From Chiloscyllium plagiosum (Eukaryota): DNA of 20,000 nucleotides. Below the pieces are notes generated by a model that searched no databases, was not told the origin of the DNA, and saw nothing but the letters and a program-made list of their open reading frames with translations. Below are positions 8,690-16,908 of the stretch, in pieces. Both the position numbers and the translations under genes were made by a program. The DNA lies in the NCBI RefSeq assembly GCF_004010195.1, contig NC_057750.1, forward strand, positions 14,155,198-14,175,197. The letters are read 5' to 3'. How positions within the stretch are numbered: the first letter of the stretch is position 1; the number at the start of each line of letters is the position of its first letter.

Positions 8690-9455
8690 GGGCCAGCATT
8701 TGCTACTTTTTAACAAAGTGGTAGTGGTGATGAGCTATCTTCTTGAACAAGTACAAACCTTTTTTTATATAGGACACCCATAGTGCTGTTAAGGAATCAT
8801 AGAATTCCTACACAGCAGAAATAGGCCGTTCAGTCCATCAAGTCTGCAACGACTCTCAGCATCCTATCCAAACCACACCCTATTTCTATAACCCTGCATT
8901 TCCCATGGTAATCCACCTAACCTACACTTCCCTGGGATCTATGGGCAATTTAGCATAGCCAATTCATCTAACCTGCACATCTTTGGACTGTGGGAGGAAA
9001 CTGGATGAAACTCCTGCAGATACAGGGAAACTCTGTCCATATGGAGTTTGCACTGTCACCCAAGGCTGGGAGTAGGATCTTTTTTAGGATTTTGACGCAG
9101 CGACTGTGAAGGAATGATATCATTTCAAGTCATAATAAATTTCTGCACTGCATTTTGCAAATGGTACTCACTACTGCTATTGTGGTTAAGTGACAGCGAG
9201 AGTGAATGTTAAAGATAGTGGGCTGTTTTGACCTGCATGGTTTCAAGCTTCTTGAGTGTTGCAGCTACATGCATCCAAGCAATTGGAAAATAACGTGATA
9301 GATTACTGACTTGTGCTTTGTAGATGGTGGGTAGGTTTTGGGGATTTGGCAATGAGTTACTCTCCACAGAATTCCCAATCTCTGACCTGTTCTTGTTGCC
9401 ACTGTAGTTATAGACAGATCCAATTCCATTTTGGCCAATGGTAATCCCCAGGAAT
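8690..9455 (-). mobile_element. Old L2/CR1-group LINE 3' fragment, interrupted by a SINE
   Basis: Minus-strand remnants LGITIGQN..., PKTYPPSTK/YKAQV...YFPIAWMH...LKKLETMQVKTA; homologous to 10070-10135 in the opposite orientation. Confidence 0.7.
8794..9070 (-). mobile_element. HE1-like V-SINE, 5'-truncated
   Basis: V-domain gcaatttagcatagccaattcatctaacctgcacatctttggactgtgggaggaaac, shared with 10925-10981; CR1-type tail at the left end. Confidence 0.88.
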
Positions 9456-9979
9456 TTTTAAAATAAACCTCAGTATGTTTTATATAGAAGACTTTGCAAA
9501 ATGGTTATTACAGTCATAAAGATGAGTAATATAAACCTTGGTTTTATGGTTTACAACTGTTACTTTTTTAAGGTTATCTGTCATAGAATTGTATATGAAG
9601 ATCAATAGCCTTAAAGAACCAAACATCCCAAAACCCCACAAAGGGGAAAAAAAAGTGGACATTATATTTCAAAAATCAAAATCAAGAAAAGTCAAGTCTG
9701 AATTAACAGGAAAATTGCATTCAGTAAAACAGATTGGTTACATGTTGAGTAACTGATACAACAGACATAATATCTCTGATTTCCTTAAATAGTCCCTTCA
9801 GCATAAATGGCATTGATCTGAACCAGAGGTTCCTTCAAAATGTGATCACACCCAGATTATGTTTGTTCCTTTTAAAGATGCTGGAAATGGACATCAATCC
9901 CATTGGAAAGCACCTTTTCTCCACCTGAAACCCAACATTACAATTTCCATTGAAAGGCACACATTTTCAGATCCTTGAC

Positions 9980-10410
9980 ACAGCAAGGTTGAAATATTTG
10001 CATCCATCTTCAGCCAAAAATGCTGAATGAATGCTCCACCTGCTACCCCAGCATCATAGTTGCCTGTTCTCAGCTGAGTGCAGCTGCAAAAATGCTCAAA
10101 CTTGACAGCATCCAGGATGAAGCAGCCTGCTTGGGTTGGCACCCCATCCACTCCCTTCAGCAATAACTTCCTGCACTCTGCACATTGGCAACCCTGTGTA
10201 TCATATGCAATTTATCAAACAACCTTTGACAAACCTCTGCCACTTAGAAGGATGTGTATTGTAAACATCTGGCACACGTCATCAGCTGCCGGTTCTCCTC
10301 CAAGTTATTCTGGTATGCAACTAATTGCTGATCCTTCACTGCTAATCTCAACACTCTTTCTCACAAATATTACTGTGGATGTACCTACAGACAAGGCTTG
10401 CAAGGTTCCA
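9980..10410 (+). mobile_element. Old L2/CR1-group LINE fragment with internal deletions
   Basis: KVEIFASIFSQKC, then SAAAKM/KLDSIQDEAACL...GTPS and gtggatgtacctac; same family as 8690-9455. Confidence 0.65.
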
Positions 10411-10804
10411 GGCTTTTTTTTTGGTCTTTTCTAGTATTGTCGCCACTTTCTTCTTTTCACTGTTTCAATCTGACCACTCACTGAAATTTGGGAGAAACCA
10501 CAAAGCTGCATGGTTAAATAACTTCCATTTCCCTGGCAACCTAAGGCCACAAGCTGATTTCCCTGAAGTCTGATGTCACAACCAGGAACCTAATGGTAAC
10601 GATCTCACCTCGCCCCTTCCCAGATCTATAAGTTAGGGTTATTTTTTAATTGGTGATAGTCTGTTTGAAAATAGGTCTTGAAATCAAGACTAGTGCAGGT
10701 AACCGCTTGCACTCTTTCCAAGTAAGGCTGTTTTTATTCACAAAGTTCTTATCTAAAAAATTCAGCTATGTCAACATAAGTTATTCAATAATGTTTACTT
10801 TTTT

Positions 10805-11081
10805 TTAGGTTAGATTCCCTACAGTGTGGGAGCAGGCCATTTGGCCCAACAAGTCCACACCAACCCTCTGAAGAGTAACCCACCTAGACCCATTTCCCTC
10901 TGATTATTGCACCTAACACTTTAGGCGATTTAGTATGGCCAATTCACCTGACCTGCACATCTTTGGGCTGTGGGAGGAAACTCGAGCACTGGGAGAATGT
11001 GCAAACTCCACACAGTGACCCGAGGTGGGAATCTAACCCGAGTCCCTAGCAGTGCTAGCCACTCGGCCACTATGCTGCCCC
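10805..11081 (-). mobile_element. HE1-like V-SINE, near full length
   Basis: tRNA-derived head with A box TGGCCGAGTGG (11059-11069) and B box GGTTAGATTCC (11028-11038), V-domain, and LINE-derived tail with short repeats (aatct aacct aa). Confidence 0.92.
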
Positions 11082-11498
11082 ATTTATAGATTTTAATCCA
11101 AAACATTTTGTTTACATATTTCATTGCTATACACACACTATCTTAACTGACAGTGTCCAAACAATTTTTTGACATTTGCGATATGTATAATCATCTGAAC
11201 AAAAACAATAAATAAAATAGTTGAATTTGTTATGTAGCTAAGATGGTAATCAAACATATATGGAGAGCCGAGGAAAAGGAATGAGATATGTACTCTTCAA
11301 TATATGCACAACCACTCTTGAGTTTTTGTACTTATTCATTTATGATTTTAAAGCATTGAAATTCCGAATTTGTTTGTAAATAAGCTTGCAGTATTAAGTT
11401 TTGTTTTCACTTGCATTTACTGCCTGTGTATTGTCAGCTTTGAAAAATTGTAAACATAATCTGACTTTCTGATAGACTGAGACTTAGAAAATAGACTT

Positions 11499-12097
11499 AA
11501 GTCCACAAATGTACCGGTTAGGTGGATTGGCCGAGTTAAATTGCCCACGGTGTCCAGGAATGTGTAGGTTAGGTGGATTAGTCAGGGAAATGCAGGGTTA
11601 CAGGGATAGAGTAAGGAGTTCTGGATGTAAGTTTGTTTGCTGAGCTGGAAGGTTCATTTCCAGATGTTTTGTCACCCTACTAGGTAACATCTTCTGTGGG
11701 CCTCTGGGCGAAGCACTGCTGATAATTCCTGCTTTCTATATATGTTTGGGTTGGTGATGCCATTTCCTATGGTGATGTCATCGAGTTAGACTCTATCTTC
11801 CACAGGAAATTACATCACCAACTCAAAGAAACCCAAACATAGCACAGCTGATAATTCCTGCTTTCTTTGTCCGGAGGCCCACTGAGAATGTTACCTGGTA
11901 TTGTGATGAAACGCCTAGAAATGAATCTTCCAGCTCAGCAAACAAACTTGCATCCAGAACCTCAACCTGAGCTGCAAATCTTCTCAAACCTTGATAGGGT
12001 AAGGGGGTTAGATCTGGGTGAGATGATTTACGGAAGGTTGGTGTGGACTTGATGGGCCGAATGGCCTGCTTCCAAAATGTAGGAATTCTGATTCCAT
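11499..12097 (+). mobile_element. HE1-like V-SINE, 5'-truncated, split by an insertion at 11617-11992
   Basis: ggttaggtggattggcc...aaattgccc...gcagggttacagggatag | gatagggtaagggg...gtggacttgatgggccgaatggcctgcttcc...tgtaggaattct. Confidence 0.88.
11617..11992 (+). mobile_element. Palindromic non-autonomous Penelope derivative with two hammerhead relics (family M2)
   Basis: Inverted arms ~11616-11772 and ~11802-11963; unpaired tail 11964-11992. 12-bp TSD gatagagtaagg (11605-11616) / gatagggtaagg (11993-12004). Cores at 11660-11699 (-) and 11879-11918 (+). Tail resembles that of element A. Confidence 0.88.
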
Positions 12098-12403
12098 AAT
12101 TTGATGAAACAAAGCTGTTCATTTTTTTTTTCTTCTTTGGTATGAGATTCTTATTGCAGTTTCCTGACATATTGCTTGCTTAAACTGGAGAAAAGTTTAA
12201 TTGGAGGTGCTTCATCATGAAAGATGATCAAATCTTTAGTTTTTTAGATTTAAGTTAGCATGCTTGTAGGATTAATACGGAGTCAATAAAGGCAGTGGAT
12301 TCACAAAATTGAATAATCAAATGCTTGCTGGACCACCATGCAAAGAAGAATTGGGAACAACTAACCATAGCCTGATTAGAAGTAAATTCAGAATAATGAG
12401 AAA

Positions 12404-12518
12404 ATAAAACACAGAACTGCAGATGCACAAAATCTAAAACAAAACCAGAAATTGCTGGAGAAACTCAGCAGGTCCAGCAGCACCTGAGGAAAGAAAACAG
12501 AGTCCAGTGATTCTTCAG
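12404..12518 (-). mobile_element. Degenerate Penelope-type 3' tail fragment
   Basis: actgcagatgc...ttgctggagaaactcagcaggtccagcagcacc parallels 4554-4620. Ends in ttcttcag (CTGAAGA on minus) with the GAAAC half missing. Confidence 0.6.
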
Positions 12519-13203
12519 TGGTCTGAATAACTCAATGAGATTTGTAGCATTTCTAACATAATATTGCAGACAGTACATAAACTGAGCTGAAGCTGTGCAC
12601 TAATTATTCAGTTTTGCCTCTAGTTATAGGGTTTTGTTGAACAGAAAAGGCTGGGTTCGAAGCTAATTATTTAGTTCAGTAACCTTTTCTCTTTCAAGAA
12701 AATAAATTTACTCCAAATTACAAGACTGCAATCTCCATTAGCAAGGCTTGGGATCAGTTGGGAATATCTTTTGAAAATTGTTATTTTGGACATGTCTAAA
12801 ATCTTATAGCTTTTTAATATTTAAACATGATCATCTTATCTATGGGGGATGTGTGCATGCATATGTGCACGTCATTGTGGAGTGCAGGTGACGTTCCCCT
12901 ACTGGCACCCCCAATGAAAATAGGTCGAGAACAAAGTGAGGTTTTATATGAAGCGAAACAGCTTGGCTGCGATTATATATAGAACTCAGTTAATTGAGGA
13001 GAGACAAACCATAGGCCTGTTTCAATTCCAACTGTGTAATTTTAGTTTTGATAAATTTTTAGAAATATTTACCTAAGAACAATTAATTTATTTATCACCT
13101 CTTTAATGTAGAGAAGCATCCAATTTACTTAATATTGTAAATTTACAATATTAAGAATTTTCACCTTCACATATCATTGAAGATGGTAATGGAGGAATAA
13201 CTT

Positions 13204-13937
13204 GTAAGTTTGCCAGTGTCACTAAAATTGTTGGTGTCGTGGACAATGGGACCTTCAGATGGGCCAATGGGCTGAGGAATGGTAGATAGAGTTTAATTCA
13301 GATAAATATGTAGTGTTGTATTTTGGTAAGGCAAATCAGGGCAGGACTTAATGGTAGGATCCTGGGGACAGTTGCACCTATTGTGTGCAGGTTCATAATT
13401 CCTTGAAGGTGGAGTCACAGGTAGACAGAATGTGAAGGTGGTGTTTGGTAAACTTGTCTTTACTGGTCAATGCATTGAGTATAGGAGAAAGTGAGGACTG
13501 CAGATGCTGGAGATCAGAGTCGAGAGTGTGGTGCTGGAAAAGCAAAACAGGTCAGGCAGCATCCGAGGAGCAGGAGAATCGACATCAGAAGCTGAGGGGT
13601 GACCTTTTATAGAAGTTTATAAAATCATGAGGGACATGGGTAGGGTGAATAGCCAAGGTCTTTTCCTGAGGGCAGCGCAGTCCATAGGTTTATGGTGAGA
13701 GGGGAAAGATGTAAAAGGGACCAAAGGGGTAACCTTTTCACCAGAGAGTAGTTCATGTATGGAATGAGGTGATGGCAGTATAATTAGACACTTAACAGGT
13801 GTCTGGCTGGGTACATGCAAAGGGCTTGGAGGAATATGGGCCAAATGCTGGCAGTTGGGACTAGATTTAATTTAGGATATCTGGTTGTTGCGGATGAGTT
13901 GGACCGAAGGGTCTGTTTCCATGCTGTACAACTCTGA
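13204..13937 (+). mobile_element. CR1 (HER1-like) LINE 3' fragment with many deletions
   Basis: Decayed KFAxxTKI(V)GVVD, ttttggtaaggcaaatcagggcaggac; colinear with 7041-7789, including the 3' UTR ttggaccgaagggtctgtttccatgctgtac. Confidence 0.9.
13484..13583 (-). mobile_element. Penelope-like element B 3' tail only, inside a CR1
   Basis: Closely matches 4541-4641; replaces ~200 bp of CR1 (equivalent to ~7218-7415). Confidence 0.85.
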
Positions 13938-14481
13938 GGTCCTCTGGTGAGAATCTAAATTGCAGAAATGCTTAATGAGACACATGGTCACAACTGATTA
14001 GCTGCATCCCCTTTCAGTCAGAACTGTTTCAGTTGTCTATGTAGATGTGACAATTAACACTTGTTATATTGCCTATCTATACAGCCTTTTTTTGCATTGA
14101 CCAGTAAATAAATTAGTGATTACATGCTGACTAGCAATTAAAATGCTTTTGAAAATTTGAACAAGTATGGAAGCTTTTGTGATTAGAGAAAAACAGTTGC
14201 ATGATGTGTTAAACCTTAATTTAGCCTTTTTGCTGAGAACTGGCAAAACTGGCTGTCTTTGGAAACAAACTCAATCAAGCTTGGCATAGTAAATAAGATC
14301 ATCTTAATTGGGACATGCTGTATGCTATTGCAAGTGTTCCTCCTCAACCAGGATACTTTTTTAAAAAAAGTTAGGCTGTTTGTTATCAATGCTGGGTTGC
14401 AGATATAACTATAAAACAAGAAAAAAAAGTTGCAATTTAGACATTGGCATATGTGTAACAAAGGTGCTGTAATTTTAAGTT

Positions 14482-14684
14482 TAAAAATCTCACAACACCA
14501 GGTTATAGCCCAACAGGCTTATTTGGAAGCACTGGCTTTCAGAGCGCCGCTCCTTCAGACAACCACCTGAAGGAGCACCGCTCTCAAAGCCAGTGCTTCC
14601 AAGTAAACCTGTAGGACTATAACTTGGTATTGTGATTTTTAACTTTGTCCACCCCAGTCTAACCCCGGCATCTCCATATCATGA
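14482..14684 (+). mobile_element. Palindromic non-autonomous element with hammerhead relics (family M3)
   Basis: Arms 14481-14558 and 14567-14642, 8-nt loop, unpaired tail ~14643-14684. Perfect 15-bp TSD ctgtaattttaagtt (14467-14481 / 14685-14699). Each arm has CTGA-a-GGAGC-nnn-GCTC(t)-(g/c)AAAGC. Confidence 0.85.
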
Positions 14685-14978
14685 CTGTAATTTTAAGTTA
14701 GCGATCTTGGATTGTCGAATAACCACTGTATTATTACAATAACATTTTTGGAAGCTATTGACAATTACAAAATGTTTAATTATAATTGTGAAGGAGCTTA
14801 AGGTTTTCTTTTCATCAGATACCTGCAACTTCTCTCAATTATTTACATTAAATTTGTAGTTTGACTTGCATTGGAATGTGCAAATTGGCTGTGTGATGTT
14901 TATGAAGATTAATTGAATTATGCTGTTATAAATAGTTTTTGTATTTTTTGTGACAGATGTTTGGGAACGATTCTGGAT

Positions 14979-15100
14979 GAGATAGTGATAGCATTGATTT
15001 ATAATTTACAAAATTACTGTTTCTAGAAAGTTGCAGTTTTCCAATCTGCTGGGAAACATAACATCACTATGTGAAAAGAGAGGGAGACAGAATGCAGGAA
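14979..15100 (+). mobile_element. CR1 ORF2 fragment (pre-RT region), inverted relative to the adjacent CR1
   Basis: EIVIALIYNLQNY...K[VPADWKTA, inverted]NITSLCEKRGRQNAG, matching the CR1 motif VPxDWKxANVTPLFKKG. Confidence 0.75.
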
Positions 15101-15104
15101 TCAC

Positions 15105-16125
15105 GAGTGAAGACTGATGCAAAGTATCTATTCAGTTCCTGCAACATTTCTTTGTTTCTCATACTACTCCAGCTTCGTGGTTCAGTGTTCACTCTTGCCT
15201 CTCTTTCTTACCTTCTTTATATATCTGTTGCACTTCCTTTTATATTACCTAGCTTATCTTCCATATTTCGTCTTTCCCCATTTATTGCTTTTTTGTTAGT
15301 TATCCTCTTTTTTTTTAAAAGGTGTCCCAATTCTCTGGCTTCCTATCAACTTCACCACATTGTATGCTTTTTCTTTTGCTTTTATGCTGTCTCTGACTTC
15401 CTTTGTCAGCCATGGTTGTCTTGTCCTACCCTTAGTATGTTTCTTCTTCCTTTCGATGAATTTCTGCTGTGCCTCCCAAATTAATCCCAGAAACCTCTGC
15501 CATGGCTGCTCCACCGTCTTCGCTGTTAGGCACCCCTTCCAGTTAACTCTGGCCAGCTCCTCCCTCTTTGTAGTTACCTTTTCTCAATTGTAATACCATT
15601 AAATTTGATTCCAGTTTTTCCCTCTCAAATTGTACGGTGTATTCTATCATCTTGTGGTCACTGCCCCTTATGGCTTCCTTCACCTTAAGCTCCCTAATCA
15701 TGTCTGACTCGTTACACATCACCAAAACTGGTATTGCCTATTCCCTAGTGGAAGCTGCTGCTGCTGCGAAAAAAAAACCCATCTCCTATTCCACAAATTC
15801 CTTTCCTTTGGATCCACTACCAATCTGATTTTCCCAGTCGACCTGCATATTGAAGTTCCCCCTTGACTATTGTATTAGTGCCTTTGTTACATGCCTTTTT
15901 CTAACTCCTAATCTATTTTCTGCCCACATCCTGATTACTGTTAGGAGACCTGTACAGAGCTCCCATCAGGGCTTTTTTCTTTGCTGTTCCTTAATTCTAC
16001 CGAATCAGCTTCTGTACCTTCCAGCCCTATATTGCACTTGCTATCCACTTAATTTCATTTCTTATTAATAAGGTAACCCCACCCCCTCTGTCTATCTGGT
16101 TGACCTTTTCAAAAAGACACATCCA
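15105..16125 (-). mobile_element. CR1 ORF2 endonuclease/linker fragment
   Basis: Minus strand RGGGVTLLI, VMCNESDMIRELKVKEAIRGSDHKMIEY (SDH motif), QPWLTKEVRDSIKAKEKAY, YFASVFT; many frameshifts. Confidence 0.9.
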
Positions 16126-16908
16126 TTGCATTTTTGGAAGTAGCCAGTTGCATAAAGGCTTAGTAAGTGTGTCACTTTGGCGACCCACTCCTTTAGGTGT
16201 CAGGTCCTCTGCAGATGTTGGCATAGTTCTGACATGGTATCTTGGACATCCTCATTTGGAGGAAATAGCATATAGGACACCAGAAATTGGTTTTCTGCAC
16301 AAGTGAGATGACCTTTTAGCTGTCACTTTTTTTTAATCTGAAGGCTCATCTCCAGCCCCTACAGCTTAAAGCTGGTTCTGGGTTTGTTTTTTAGCACATC
16401 GTCCTCCTCTGTTTCCCTTGTATTGTTGCACAACAGCAACAGGGTCAATAACGCCTTGCTATGGCTAAATCATGCTTCTTATGAGCTTGTGTAGAAAGGT
16501 ATTAGAAGCAGAAGAGTAACATGATCAGACAGTGTTTGCATCACTTAGAAATGACAGTTTTATCATATTCCTCCATAGATGGAAGATTAGGGCAAGGAGT
16601 GAGTTTGGGAGCGTAATGCCTTCATATGAACCTCTGACATTGAAATCTTCTTCATCTGAATAGAGCACAAGCCATATCTCAAACTCAGGACATTGTAAGT
16701 GCAGTGTGATCACCTTGCACCCTGACCGCCCGCCCCCCGCACCCCCAGCAACATCACAGAAAATCAACAGTGTGTACAACTTGTTGATGAGTACTTCCTT
16801 TTCGAGGCGAAAGGAAATCAGCTCTGTCCTTGTACAGCCTGAGAGATCTTGGATTGTCTATGTGAATTATGACCGGAAGGTGATACTTTTAAGGTCACCC
16901 ATGATTAC

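Noticed and set aside
10500..10620. Enhancer candidate (RFX-like tttccctggcaac, CRE-like tgatgtca)
   Set aside because: Short motifs expected by chance; conservation data would be needed.
12850..12975. TGCATG, CAG|GTGACG and mild CpG enrichment suggesting an exon or conserved element
   Set aside because: No convincing upstream acceptor or recognisable frame.
14482..14684. MITE / DNA transposon or CRISPR-like repeat
   Set aside because: The inverted repeat is not terminal on the right, the TSD is 15 bp, and there is no repeat-spacer periodicity.
14935..15030. Host exon after ttttttgtgacag
   Set aside because: The downstream sequence is a CR1 ORF2 remnant and has no donor site.
15071..15593. 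Hydrophobic membrane-protein-like ORFs on +
   Set aside because: Antisense reading of the purine-rich CR1 ORF2.
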